Under the pieces are notes generated by a model. That model was given only the letters and a program-made list of their open reading frames with translations, searched no databases and was not told the DNA's origin. Positions 1 through 9,432 of a DNA stretch of 51,234 nt are shown in pieces. This DNA is from Thermoplasmata archaeon (GTDB lineage Archaea; Thermoplasmatota; Thermoplasmata; Lutacidiplasmatales; UBA184): the NCBI GenBank assembly GCA_021812305.1, contig JAKAOB010000001.1, positions 1 to 51,234 of the forward strand. Reading direction: 5' to 3'. Position numbers and translations under genes: made by a program. Each line of letters begins with the position of its first letter. Position 1 is the first letter of the stretch.

Positions 1-1
1 G

Positions 2-235
2 CGCTACGCCGGATCGAAGGAGGAGGCGCAGACCGCGGTCAACAAGTGGTACCCCCGCGCCCTCGACATGTTCGGCCACTCGAACTCGGAGACGAGTCGC
101 CGGGCGATCGAGTGGGGGCTCAAGCGCTGGACCAACGAGGAGGCCCGCGCCCGCTACATCGAGGAGATCGCCCCGATCGTGCGGGCCGCCGGCCTCGAGC
201 TCCCGAGCCCCGAGATCGACCGCCGCATTCTCTGA
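2..235 (+). CDS. C-terminal fragment of a PaaA/PaaC-family (phenylacetyl-CoA epoxidase, ferritin-like) subunit, truncated by the window edge
   Basis: My translation of frame 2 (not in the ORF track): ...AQTAVNKWYPRALDMFG...WGLKRWTNEEARARYIEEIAP..GLELP, resembling the PaaA-type C-terminal pattern; TGA at 233-235; a PaaI-type thioesterase lies nearby. Confidence 0.7.
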   Translation, partial: RYAGSKEEAQTAVNKWYPRALDMFGHSNSETSRRAIEWGLKRWTNEEARARYIEEIAPIVRAAGLELPSPEIDRRIL

Positions 236-287
236 GCGGGCGCCCCGGCCAAACGGCTTTTCCCCTCCGGGGCCTGCGGTAGCCCGG

Positions 288-722
288 GTGACGTCGAGCC
301 GTCCTTCCCCCGTCGCGATCCCGGTCGCGGACCTCGTCCGCACGGCCCGCTTCTACGACGCGTTCCTCGGCCCGCTCGGATTCCGCCGGCTGGTCCGCGC
401 GGGGCCGTACCTGGGCTACTCGAACGGCCCGATCAGCGTATGGTTCGTGGCGGCCGACCCGGCCCGGTCGGGGGCCGGGGCCGCCGGCGACGAGCGCGAC
501 CACCTCGCCTTCGAGGTCGGCTCGGAGGCGGAGGTCACGGCCTTCGCCCAGGCCCTGCGGGTCGCCGGACTCCCACCCGACCGGGGTCCGGACGAGCACC
601 GTGATCTCCGGCCGGCGGCCGTGAGCAGCCTCTGGCTGGACCCGGACGGGGCGGTCGTCGAGGTGTTCGCCCCCCGGCGATCCCGCGCCCCGGTCGCCGC
701 CGCGCTGCACCGCGGGCGCTAG
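288..722 (+). CDS. VOC/glyoxalase family protein
   Basis: IPVADLVRTARFYDAFLGPLGF, HLAFEV and DPDGAVVE motifs. Confidence 0.8.
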   Translation: MTSSRPSPVAIPVADLVRTARFYDAFLGPLGFRRLVRAGPYLGYSNGPISVWFVAADPARSGAGAAGDERDHLAFEVGSEAEVTAFAQALRVAGLPPDRGPDEHRDLRPAAVSSLWLDPDGAVVEVFAPRRSRAPVAAALHRGR

Positions 723-1720
723 ATCCGGCGTCCGCCCGTCCCGGCGTGCAGGAGCAGCGTCCGCTCGATCCCCCGGATCGACCGCAGCCGCGCCCGCACC
801 GCCCGAACGTGGCGCCCGAGGGTGAACACGTGGACGTGGGCCCCGGCGTCGTGGGTGTAGGCGGCGACCGGCCGTCCGGTGTCCGTGTTCAGATCGCGCA
901 CCGCCGTAAGGATCTCCCGGGAGGTCGCGGTGAGGTAGTCGAGCGAGGGGCGGGTGGTCTCGCAGACGAGGCGGAAGCTGTCGCACTCCTCCATGATCAG
1001 GGGAAAGAGGGCGGCGCTGTCGCGGCGGGCGATCGCGCGGTGGATCCCCGCGAGCCGGCCGGGGACCTCCGCGAGCCGGCGGGCGTACTCCGGCGAGGTC
1101 TCGACGGACGCCTGCATCGCCACGGCCGACCGGACCGACTTTTCGGGGGCGGCCGCAACGAGCGCGACCAGGTCGACCAGGTCGGGCCAGTGCCGGGGGG
1201 GGTACAGGGGCCGGGCGTAGCAATCGCGTCCGTCCGCGCGCCGGCCGGCGCGCCACTCCACGAAGCCGCCGAAGATCGACCGGCACGCGCTCCCCGAGCC
1301 GAAACGGGCCAGCTGGGAGAGCCGCTGCGGCGACAGGCGCAGACCGGCGGCGGCGCTCGCCGCGCCGGCGAGGGCCGCGAACCCGCTCGCGCTGCTCGCG
1401 AGCCCGCTCGCCGTCTGAAAGTTGTTGCGGGAGACGACCCGCGCCCGGTCGGTGACGCGGGCCGCGTCCCGGACCCGGTCGAGCATCCCCGCGACCGCGG
1501 CGGTCGCAGCGGGGGCGGCCGGGCGCCCGTTGAGCCGGAACTCGTCGCGGTCGAGTCCCGGAACGAACTCGACCCGCGTCCGGGTGCGCAGGCGTTCCAG
1601 GGTGACGGAGAGCGAGGAGTTGTACGGGAGCGCGCGGGCCGGGTCGCGTACGCCCCAGTACTTCACGAGGGCGATGTTCGGGGAGGTCTCGTAGGTCGCC
1701 GTCCGGGTCCCCCGCTGCAT
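719..1720 (-). CDS. mvaD: (Di)phosphomevalonate decarboxylase family protein (GHMP superfamily)
   Basis: NIALVKYWG, NSSLSVTL, GLASSASG, RFGSGSACRS, and catalytic Asp in HDAG. Confidence 0.88.
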   Translation of the reverse strand: MQRGTRTATYETSPNIALVKYWGVRDPARALPYNSSLSVTLERLRTRTRVEFVPGLDRDEFRLNGRPAAPAATAAVAGMLDRVRDAARVTDRARVVSRNNFQTASGLASSASGFAALAGAASAAAGLRLSPQRLSQLARFGSGSACRSIFGGFVEWRAGRRADGRDCYARPLYPPRHWPDLVDLVALVAAAPEKSVRSAVAMQASVETSPEYARRLAEVPGRLAGIHRAIARRDSAALFPLIMEECDSFRLVCETTRPSLDYLTATSREILTAVRDLNTDTGRPVAAYTHDAGAHVHVFTLGRHVRAVRARLRSIRGIERTLLLHAGTGGRRI

Positions 1721-1782
1721 TCCGCGTCCCGCCGGCCGAGCACGGGGGCGAGTACTTATGCCCGCCGACCCCTCGGCCGGTC

Positions 1783-2301
1783 ATGGCGCGCCCCGCGGGC
1801 TCGGATCCGCGTCCGGCCCCCCTGCCGCCGGACTGGCGCCTCGTCTCCCGGATGGAGGGGTTCCACCGGGAGGTCGGGTTCTCGATCGACCCTCGGGGCA
1901 CCGGCCGGGGTCACTGCACCGTGTCGGGGCACGTCGAGCCCCGCCACCTCAACATCAACGGGGTCGTCCACGGCGGGGTGTACGCGACGATCCTCGACAC
2001 CGCGATGGGCGGCGCCGTCGTCTCCCTCCTCGCCGACGGCGAGGTGACCGCGACGACGAGCCTCTACGTCGAGTTCCTGCGGCCGGCGCGCGAAGGCCAG
2101 GAGCTGCGGGCGCGCGGCGAGGTCGTCCGGCGGGGCCGTCACCTGGCGTTCGTCGAAGGGAACCTCTGGGAGGGCGACGGACCGCGGCTCAGCCAGGCGC
2201 ACGGGACCTGGTACATCTGGTCCGCCGAGGACGGGACGTGGTCCGGCCGGCGGACCGTGCCGTCAAAGACGGGCGGCCAGCCCCGCCGCCGCCGCCAGTA
2301 G
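1783..2301 (+). CDS. PaaI-family hotdog thioesterase
   Basis: HLNINGVVHGGVYATILDTAMG motif. Confidence 0.88.
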   Translation: MARPAGSDPRPAPLPPDWRLVSRMEGFHREVGFSIDPRGTGRGHCTVSGHVEPRHLNINGVVHGGVYATILDTAMGGAVVSLLADGEVTATTSLYVEFLRPAREGQELRARGEVVRRGRHLAFVEGNLWEGDGPRLSQAHGTWYIWSAEDGTWSGRRTVPSKTGGQPRRRRQ

Positions 2302-4683
2302 GTCGAGCCCTTTCCTCCGGCCACGGTCCCCCTCCGGCACCTCCCGGTGGGCCAGGAACTCCCGCACCGCTTCCTCGCGGCCGAGCCCGACCCAGGGGAG
2401 GGCGTACTCGAGAAGGTAGGAGGCGAACCCGGTCCCCCGGGTCGTCGCCGCGACCTCGTCGAGGTGGTCCCGGAGGAACTCCCACGTCACCGCCCGAGCG
2501 GCGGGGTTCTGGGCCGCCTGGCGGACGATCACCGGGAGGTGGGCGCGGTTGATGGTCCCGGCGAGCGCCTCCGCAAGGGTGGCGGCGACCCGGGCCGGCT
2601 CGGACGAGGCGGCGAGGGCGAGCTCGAGCTCGGAGGCTTCGCCCTCTCCGGGCGTCGCGGCGAGGGCGGATCGCAGCGCGGCGTGGGCCGAAGCGCCCCC
2701 GGTGATCGCGTAGGCCATCTCGACCGCGCCCCGGAGGTCGGCGTCCACCCCGGTCCGGTCGGCGAACCCGGAGGCGAGCTCGCGGGCGTACTCCGGATCG
2801 ACCCAGGCCCGGGCCACCGCGACCCGCTCGCGGAGGATGCCGTCGGTCTCCCCCTCACCGTCCCGGCGGCGCGGGCCGAGGCGATCGGACTGGGCCCGCA
2901 GGAAGGAGCGGGCAAGGGCGCGGACCCTCGGGTGGTCCGGCTTGAGCAGCGAAAGGCCGAGCAGCTGTTCGACCGCGGCGCGCGCGGGAAGGTACGCCCG
3001 GGTGGACGCCGCCGTGTCGACGAACGCCGCGTACCGCTCGAAGCTCGCATCCCCGGAGAAGAGGAACGCGTGGAGGTCCTCCAGGACAATCCACTGGTCC
3101 GCGCCCGGCCGCTCCGTGAAGCCGTGGCGCAGGAGGTCGTATCCCGCGTCATCGTAGAGGACCCGGTAGAAGCCGAGCGCCCCCGGGTTGAGGTGCAGCG
3201 AGCGTACGGGGCCGTCGAGCGCCCATCGCTCCCGCGCCTGCTCGAAGCGTCGGCGCTGAAGCACGCCGTTGACCTCGGCGACGATCGGGATCGGCCAGAC
3301 ATCGGGAGTGTGCCGGCCGTCGTAGCGGAATCGGCGCTGGGCGACCTCGATCCCGTCCGGAAGCAGGCGGACCTCGACCAGCGGGATCCCCGGGCGGTCG
3401 ACCCAGGCCTCGAGGAGTCCCCGGATCGGCTCGCCCGCGGCCCCTTCGAGGGCCGCCCAGAGGTCGCCGCTCGTGGCGTTCGCGTTCCGGAATCGGTGAA
3501 GGTACTCGCGGACGCCGGCCCGGAACACCTCGGGCCCGAGGTATCCCTCCGCCATGCGCAGCACGCTCGCGCCCTTCCCGTAGGTGATCTCGTCGAACAC
3601 CTGGGCGATCTCGTCCGGACGGGTGATCGGGGTCGTGATCGGCCGGGTGCAGCCGAGCGAGTCGGTGAGGAGCGCCATCTCCATCCAGTACGCGAGGAAG
3701 TTCTCGAGGCTCCCCTCGCCCGGCCACAGGTCCTCGACGATGCGCAGCTCCATCCACGTCGCGAAGCTCTCGTTGAGCCAGATGTCGGTCCACCACTGCA
3801 TCGTGACCAGGTTCCCGAACCACTGGTGGGCGATCTCGTGCGCGATCGTGTCGAGCGTGAACCGGCGTTGCCGCGAGCCGGTCGTCGGGCCGACGAGGAG
3901 CCGCATGTCCCGGAAGACGATCGCCCCCCAGTTCTCCATCGCCCCGTAGGCGTACTCCGGCACCGCGATCAGGTCGAGCTTCGGCAACGGGTACGGGAGG
4001 CCGTAGTACCGTTCGAAGGCCGGTAGGAGCTCGGCGGCCCGCTCGAGGGCGTAGGCCCCCTCCGCCGACCGCCCCGCCGGCGCGAGGACCGTGAGGCGGA
4101 CCCGGTCCGCCGCGGTCCGATGGGCCGCCTCGAACCGGCCGACGCCGAGGTAGAAGAGGTAGGTGGCCATCGGCGGGGTCCGGGCGAACCGCACGACCTT
4201 CGTCGCGCCCTCGCGCGTTTCGTCCTCGATCGGGGTGTTGAACACCACATCGAGCTCCTCCGGGACCGTCGCCTCGAACCGGATGGGCGCCTTGCGGTCC
4301 GGGCGGTCGACGCAGGGGAAGATGCGGCGGGCCCCGGTGGGGCCGCACTGGGTGGTGAGGATCGCCCCGGCGCCGAAGCGCGACCGGTAGAGACCCATGA
4401 GGCTCCGCTCGGGGATCGTCCCGCGGAACGACACCTCGACGGTCAACGGCTCGGACCGCGCCCCGGACAGGAGCACCTCCTCCGCGGCCGGCACCGGCTC
4501 GATGGAGAGCGGGTGCCCCCCGCTGGCCGCGGCGATGATCTCGAGCCCCGCGGCGTTCAGGCGCACCGGGCCGTCCACGGCCTCCAGATCGATCGCGACG
4601 CGGCCGGAGAACCGGAGGGCGTCCGGCTCCAGGCGAAGCTCGAGCCGGTACTCGCGCACCTTCGGGAACTCCTGTGCGGCCAC
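2263..4683 (-). CDS. M1 family zinc aminopeptidase (tricorn-interacting factor F2/F3-like)
   Basis: GAMENWG, HEIAH-x18-E (WLNE), YGKG; 806 aa. Confidence 0.93.
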   Translation of the reverse strand: MAAQEFPKVREYRLELRLEPDALRFSGRVAIDLEAVDGPVRLNAAGLEIIAAASGGHPLSIEPVPAAEEVLLSGARSEPLTVEVSFRGTIPERSLMGLYRSRFGAGAILTTQCGPTGARRIFPCVDRPDRKAPIRFEATVPEELDVVFNTPIEDETREGATKVVRFARTPPMATYLFYLGVGRFEAAHRTAADRVRLTVLAPAGRSAEGAYALERAAELLPAFERYYGLPYPLPKLDLIAVPEYAYGAMENWGAIVFRDMRLLVGPTTGSRQRRFTLDTIAHEIAHQWFGNLVTMQWWTDIWLNESFATWMELRIVEDLWPGEGSLENFLAYWMEMALLTDSLGCTRPITTPITRPDEIAQVFDEITYGKGASVLRMAEGYLGPEVFRAGVREYLHRFRNANATSGDLWAALEGAAGEPIRGLLEAWVDRPGIPLVEVRLLPDGIEVAQRRFRYDGRHTPDVWPIPIVAEVNGVLQRRRFEQARERWALDGPVRSLHLNPGALGFYRVLYDDAGYDLLRHGFTERPGADQWIVLEDLHAFLFSGDASFERYAAFVDTAASTRAYLPARAAVEQLLGLSLLKPDHPRVRALARSFLRAQSDRLGPRRRDGEGETDGILRERVAVARAWVDPEYARELASGFADRTGVDADLRGAVEMAYAITGGASAHAALRSALAATPGEGEASELELALAASSEPARVAATLAEALAGTINRAHLPVIVRQAAQNPAARAVTWEFLRDHLDEVAATTRGTGFASYLLEYALPWVGLGREEAVREFLAHREVPEGDRGRRKGLDLLAAAAGLAARL

Positions 4684-4815
4684 GCGTTCCTTCTCCGCCG
4701 GCGTCGGCCCGGGCGCCGAACCACCGTCCCCAGCAGGGCGTGCGGGATACTCTTTGCCCCCGGCGTCACCCCGCGGCGGATGCCACCGAGCCGAGGGCCG
4801 GCGTCCCGACCAAGG

Positions 4816-4822
4816 TTATATA
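4816..4822 (+). promoter_or_regulatory. TATA box of the 5S rRNA gene
   Basis: caagg-TTATATA, about 25 nt upstream of the 5S 5' end, in GC-rich surroundings. Confidence 0.75.
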
Positions 4823-4844
4823 CCGGGCGCCGCTCGGAGCGGTC

Positions 4845-4967
4845 GGCTGACGGCCAAAGCGGTGGGGAAACACCCGGTCTCATTCCGAACCCGGCAGTTA
4901 AGCCCACTGGCGTTCCGCGCAGTACTGAAGTGCGCGAGCCTACGGGAGCCGCGGAAAGCTGTCAGCC
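4845..4967 (+). rRNA. rrf: 5S rRNA (stand-alone)
   Basis: Terminal helix GGCTGACGGC/GCTGTCAGCC; conserved CCCGGTCTCATTCCGAACCCGGCAGTTAAGCC and loop E AGTACT...GCGAGCC; 123 nt. Confidence 0.96.
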
Positions 4968-5055
4968 TCCGGAGATCTTGAGAGCGGAGCCGCCGCCGGG
5001 CGTCGGGCAAGGGTCCGGGGAGGGGTTAAGCCCCGGTCGCCCGTCGGCCGCCACC

Positions 5056-5967
5056 GTGTGGCTCGGGGCGCACATCGGCATCGCCGACGGGATCGCCCTG
5101 GCCCCGGCCACCGGCCGGTCGATCGGCTGCGACGCGATCCAGATCTTCTCGAAGAGCCCCCAGATGTGGGCCGGCCCGCCGCTCTCGGACGAGGCCGCCG
5201 ACGCGTTCCGGGCCGCGGTGAAGCGGGAGGGGCTGCGGGCGACGGCCGTCCACCACGGCTATCTCATCAACCTCGCCTCGCCGAAACCCCCCATGCTCCG
5301 GAAGTCCCGGACGACGTTCCGCGACGAGATCGAGCGCGCGGAGAAGCTCGGAGCGGACGCGCTCATCTTCCACTGCGGCGCGCACCTCGGGAGCGGGAGC
5401 GGGGCCGGCCTCACGGCCCTCACCGATAGCCTCAACGAGGCGATCGCGGCGACCGCGGGGTACCGGGTCCGCCTGCTGCTCGAGAACTCGGCGGGTCAGG
5501 GGACGACGCTCTGCGCGTCGCTCGAGGAGCTGGCCCAGGTCCTCGGTGCGGTGACCGACCGGGAGCGGGTCGGCGTCACCCTGGACACCTGCCACCTGTT
5601 CGCGGCCGGGATCGACTTCCGGACCGAGGCGACGTACGGGTCGCTTATCGACGCCATCGGGGCTACGATCGGGATCTCGAGCGTCCGCGCGTTCCACCTC
5701 AACGATGCGAAGGCGGCCCTCGGCTCGCATCTCGACCGCCATGCGAACATCGGCGCCGGACAGATTGGGGCGGAGGGGTTCCGGTCGTTCGTGCGGGACC
5801 CGCGCTGGGCGGCCGTGCCGGGCTACCTCGAGACCCCGCTCGACGACCGCGGATACGCCGGCTACGCCGAAGACCTGGCCCGCCTGAACGCCCTGCTGCC
5901 GGGCCCGTCCCCCGCGCCCCGCACCCCGAAAAGCCGGCGCGCCGCGACCCCGGGAGCCAAGCCCTAA
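5056..5967 (+). CDS. nfo: Endonuclease IV (AP endonuclease)
   Basis: LGAH, YLINLAS, LLENSAGQG, DTCHLFAAG, HLND, DRHANIG, LETP; GTG start about 27 nt after GGTTAAG. Confidence 0.93.
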   Translation: MWLGAHIGIADGIALAPATGRSIGCDAIQIFSKSPQMWAGPPLSDEAADAFRAAVKREGLRATAVHHGYLINLASPKPPMLRKSRTTFRDEIERAEKLGADALIFHCGAHLGSGSGAGLTALTDSLNEAIAATAGYRVRLLLENSAGQGTTLCASLEELAQVLGAVTDRERVGVTLDTCHLFAAGIDFRTEATYGSLIDAIGATIGISSVRAFHLNDAKAALGSHLDRHANIGAGQIGAEGFRSFVRDPRWAAVPGYLETPLDDRGYAGYAEDLARLNALLPGPSPAPRTPKSRRAATPGAKP

Positions 5968-5996
5968 ATAGACGCCGCCTCCTCGGCGCACCGGCG

Positions 5997-6836
5997 ATGG
6001 AGTCCGCCGTCGGTCGCTCGCGGATCGAGGAGCTGGCCGGGCGGGCGCTCGAGGTCCGGCGCGACGTCATCCGGATGACCTACACGGCGGGCAGCGGCCA
6101 CCCCGGGGGGAGCCTTTCGGTGACGGACCTCGTCACCGCGCTGATGTTCGCGGAGCTGCGCATCGATCCCGCGAACCCGAACTGGCCGGACCGCGACCGG
6201 CTCGTCCTGTCGAAGGGCCACGCCGCCCCGGCGCTCTACTCCGCGATGGCGCTGCGGGGATTCCTCCCGCGGGACGAGCTGCTCAGCCTCCGTCGGATCG
6301 GCAGCCGACTGCAGGGCCACGTCGACCGCAACAAGCTCCCCGGCATTGAGGCCTCCACCGGCTGTCTCGGCCAGGGGGTCGGCATGGCCGTCGGCATGGC
6401 GCTGGACGGGCGCCTCGCCGGCCGGTCCGGCCGGGTCTACACGATCATCGGCGACGGCGAGTGCCAGGCGGGCCTCACCTGGGAGGCGCTGATGGCCGGG
6501 GGCCACTACCGCCTCGACAACCTGGTCGTGATCCTCGACCGCAACCGGTTCGAGACCGACGGGGCGACGGAGGACATCATGGGGATCGAACCGATCACCG
6601 ACAAGTTCCGCGCCTTCCGGTACGAGACCCTCGACATCGACGGCCACGACCTGGGGGCCATCCTGGCCGCCTTCGACCACGCCCGCGCGACCCGGGGCCG
6701 GCCGACCGCGATCGTCGCCCGGACCGTGAAGGGCAAGGGCGTCTCGTTCATGGAGAACCAGTTCGCCTACCACGGCAAGCCGCCGACGAAGACCGAGGCC
6801 GAGCGGGCCCTGATCGAGCTTGGGACGACCCTCTAG
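5997..6836 (+). CDS. Transketolase, N-terminal (TPP-binding) subunit
   Basis: SGHPGGSLS, DRLVLSKGHAAP, LQGH, GDGE. Confidence 0.95.
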   Translation: MESAVGRSRIEELAGRALEVRRDVIRMTYTAGSGHPGGSLSVTDLVTALMFAELRIDPANPNWPDRDRLVLSKGHAAPALYSAMALRGFLPRDELLSLRRIGSRLQGHVDRNKLPGIEASTGCLGQGVGMAVGMALDGRLAGRSGRVYTIIGDGECQAGLTWEALMAGGHYRLDNLVVILDRNRFETDGATEDIMGIEPITDKFRAFRYETLDIDGHDLGAILAAFDHARATRGRPTAIVARTVKGKGVSFMENQFAYHGKPPTKTEAERALIELGTTL

Positions 6837-6843
6837 GAGCAGC

Positions 6844-7794
6844 ATGGCGGCAGCGCGAACGGAGAGCCTGCGGGATGCCTACGGCCAGACCCTCGTCGAG
6901 ATCGGCCGGAGCGACCCCGGGGTCGTCGTGCTCGACGCGGACCTCTCCGGTTCGACGCGGACGGCGCTCTTCGGCAAGCAGTTCCCGGACCGCTTCTTCA
7001 ACGTCGGGGTGATGGAACCGACGATGATGACGATGGCCGCCGGCCTCGCCCTCGGGGGCCGCACGGTCTACGCGAGCACCTTCGCCATCTTCGCCGCGGG
7101 CCAGGCCTACAACGCGGTCCGCCAGTCGATCTGCTACAACCACGCGAACGTGAAGATCGTCGCGACCCACGGCGGGCTGCTCGTCGGCGGGGACGGGGGG
7201 ACGCACCAGATGCTCGAGGACGTGGGACTGATGCGCGGGCTCCCGGGCATGAGCGTGATCGTCCCGGCCGACGGGCCGACGACCCGGGCGGCGACGCGCG
7301 CCGTGGCCGAGTTCGACGGGCCGGCGTACATCCGCCTGACCCGCGAGAACCTTCCGACGGTCACCGACGGGACGTTCGCCCTGGGACGGGCCGGCGAGCT
7401 CCGGGGCGGGAGCGACCTCACCCTCATCGCCGTCGGGGCGCTCGTCGCGCGGGCCCTCGAGGTCGCCGAGGAGCTCCACAAGGTCGGTGTCGAGGCCCGG
7501 GTCCTCGACTTCGCCTCGATCAAGCCGTTCGATGAGAAGGCCCTGTTGCGCGCCGCGCGGGACACCGGTGCGATCCTCACCCTCGAGGAGCACACGGTAC
7601 TGACGGGCCTCGGCGCGCTGGTCGCGTCGACGACGTCCGAGACCTACCCGGTGCCGATCCGTCGGCTCGGCGTCCCCGACGTCTTCGGGGAGAGCGGCGA
7701 ACCGTGGGCGCTCCTGGACCGGTTCGGCCTGTCCAAGGAGCGGGCGCTCGAGGAGGCCTGGGAGCTGCTCCGGATGAGGGGGAAGGTTCAGTAG
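6844..7794 (+). CDS. Transketolase, C-terminal subunit
   Basis: [40 protein letters not shown] at 6844 after GGAG. Confidence 0.95.
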   Translation: MAAARTESLRDAYGQTLVEIGRSDPGVVVLDADLSGSTRTALFGKQFPDRFFNVGVMEPTMMTMAAGLALGGRTVYASTFAIFAAGQAYNAVRQSICYNHANVKIVATHGGLLVGGDGGTHQMLEDVGLMRGLPGMSVIVPADGPTTRAATRAVAEFDGPAYIRLTRENLPTVTDGTFALGRAGELRGGSDLTLIAVGALVARALEVAEELHKVGVEARVLDFASIKPFDEKALLRAARDTGAILTLEEHTVLTGLGALVASTTSETYPVPIRRLGVPDVFGESGEPWALLDRFGLSKERALEEAWELLRMRGKVQ

Positions 7795-7828
7795 GGACCG
7801 CGCCGTCGGCCTCCTCCGGATCGGGCAC

Positions 7829-8476
7829 ATGAAGCTCTTCCTCGATACCGCGAGCGTCGCCGAGATCCGGACGATGTGGGAGACCGGCATCCTCGACGGG
7901 GTGACAACCAACCCGAGCCTCGTCGCGAAGGAGGGCCGCCGCTTCGAGGAGGTCCTCCGCGAGATCTGCGACCTCGGCGTGCCGAGCGTCTCGGCCGAGG
8001 TCGTCGCGACGACGGCCGACGCGATGGTGGCCGAGGGCCGCCATCTCCGCGGCCTGCACCCGGCGATCTACGTCAAGGTCCCGATGACGCCCGCCGGCCT
8101 CCGGGCGACGAAGGTCCTCGCCGCGGAGGGGACGCGGGTGAACATGACCCTCGTCTTCTCCGCGACGCAGGCGCTGCTCGCGGCCAAGGTCGGGGCGGCG
8201 TACGTGAGCCCGTTCATCGGCCGCCTCGACGACCAGAGCCAGGTCGGGATGGACCTCATCCGGGACATCGTCCAGATCTACCGCAACTACCGCTTCCCGA
8301 CCCAGGTGCTCGTGGCCAGCGTCCGCCATCCGATCCACGTGCTCGAGGCCGCGAAGGTCGGCGCGGACATCGCGACGATGCCCTTCGGGGTCATGGAGAA
8401 GCTCGCGCAGCACCCGCTCACCGACCTCGGGCTCGCCCGGTTCCTCAAGGACTGGGAGAAGGTCCCGAAGGGCTGA
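7829..8476 (+). CDS. Transaldolase / fructose-6-phosphate aldolase family (TalC-like)
   Basis: [18 protein letters not shown] (Schiff-base Lys), [17 protein letters not shown]. Confidence 0.93.
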   Translation: MKLFLDTASVAEIRTMWETGILDGVTTNPSLVAKEGRRFEEVLREICDLGVPSVSAEVVATTADAMVAEGRHLRGLHPAIYVKVPMTPAGLRATKVLAAEGTRVNMTLVFSATQALLAAKVGAAYVSPFIGRLDDQSQVGMDLIRDIVQIYRNYRFPTQVLVASVRHPIHVLEAAKVGADIATMPFGVMEKLAQHPLTDLGLARFLKDWEKVPKG

Positions 8477-8519
8477 GGGCGGCCGATACCGTTTATTGGC
8501 CGGTCCCCTCCCCGCCTTC

Positions 8520-8804
8520 GTGGGCGACGAGCCGCTCGTCGAAAAGTACCTTCGGCTCACGACCGAGGCGCTCGCCCGGGTCCGGGCCGCTGCGCCGTCC
8601 CGGTCGTTCCTCTTCGGCGCCTCCGAGGACTTCCTTTCGATGGCGCGGGCCTACCTCGCCGACGCCGAGCACTTCCGGGCCACCGGCGACCGCGACCGCG
8701 CGCTCGCGGCGGCGAGCTACGCGCACGGCTGGCTGGATGCGGGGGTCCGGCTCGGGCTGCTGGACGGAGGGAACGACGATGTCCGGTTCACCCCCTACCG
8801 CTGA
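8520..8804 (+). CDS. DUF357 domain protein
   Basis: FLSMARAYLADAEHF...ALAAASYAHGWLDAGVRLG; GTG start about 25 nt after TTTATT. Confidence 0.85.
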   Translation: MGDEPLVEKYLRLTTEALARVRAAAPSRSFLFGASEDFLSMARAYLADAEHFRATGDRDRALAAASYAHGWLDAGVRLGLLDGGNDDVRFTPYR

Positions 8805-9432
8805 GCGCACGGGGCGGGCGCCCCACCGGGTCCCCGAGGAGGTCCTCGGCGCGATCGATGTCCACCTCAAGGAACGGGAGGTCCGGCGGGAGGAGCTCTA
8901 CGAGCGGGCGCGCTCGCTGCGCCGGCTCGCCCAGGGAACGATGGCCCGGATCCACGAGGGCGCGGCGGTCGACGACGCCGTCGAGGAGATCCGGGCACGG
9001 ACCCGCGAGCTCGCCCGGGCGCTGGACGCCGGCGGGCGCGGGGACGAGGGGATCGCCCACGACGCCTTCCAGGAGGCCGCCGAGGCGGGTCTCCTCCATG
9101 CGATCGTGCGGGACGAGCCGCTCCCGTCGCCCTCGGCGCTCGGGGTCGCGCCGGAAGCCTACCTGCTCGGCCTGGGGGATGTCATCGGGGAGGTGCGGCG
9201 GCTCGTGCTCGCGGACCTGGCCCGCGGCCGCCTCGACTCGGCCGAGTCGCGCCTCGCGCTGATGGACGTGCTCTACCGATCGCTGCTCCGTTTCGATACG
9301 ACGCGGGCGATCCTGCCGCTCAAGCCCAAGCAGGACACGGCGCGCTCGCTCCTCGAGCGGACCCGCGGCGAGGTCACGATGGCCCGGGTCCTGGCCCGCG
9401 GCCCGGCGCACGGACGGACGGAGGAGGCATGA
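8779..9432 (+). CDS. Translin/TRAX (C3PO-like) family protein
   Basis: FQEAAEA, YLLGLGDVIGEVRR, LKPKQDTARSLLERT; ATG at 8779 after GGAGG. Confidence 0.85.
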   Translation: MSGSPPTAERTGRAPHRVPEEVLGAIDVHLKEREVRREELYERARSLRRLAQGTMARIHEGAAVDDAVEEIRARTRELARALDAGGRGDEGIAHDAFQEAAEAGLLHAIVRDEPLPSPSALGVAPEAYLLGLGDVIGEVRRLVLADLARGRLDSAESRLALMDVLYRSLLRFDTTRAILPLKPKQDTARSLLERTRGEVTMARVLARGPAHGRTEEA

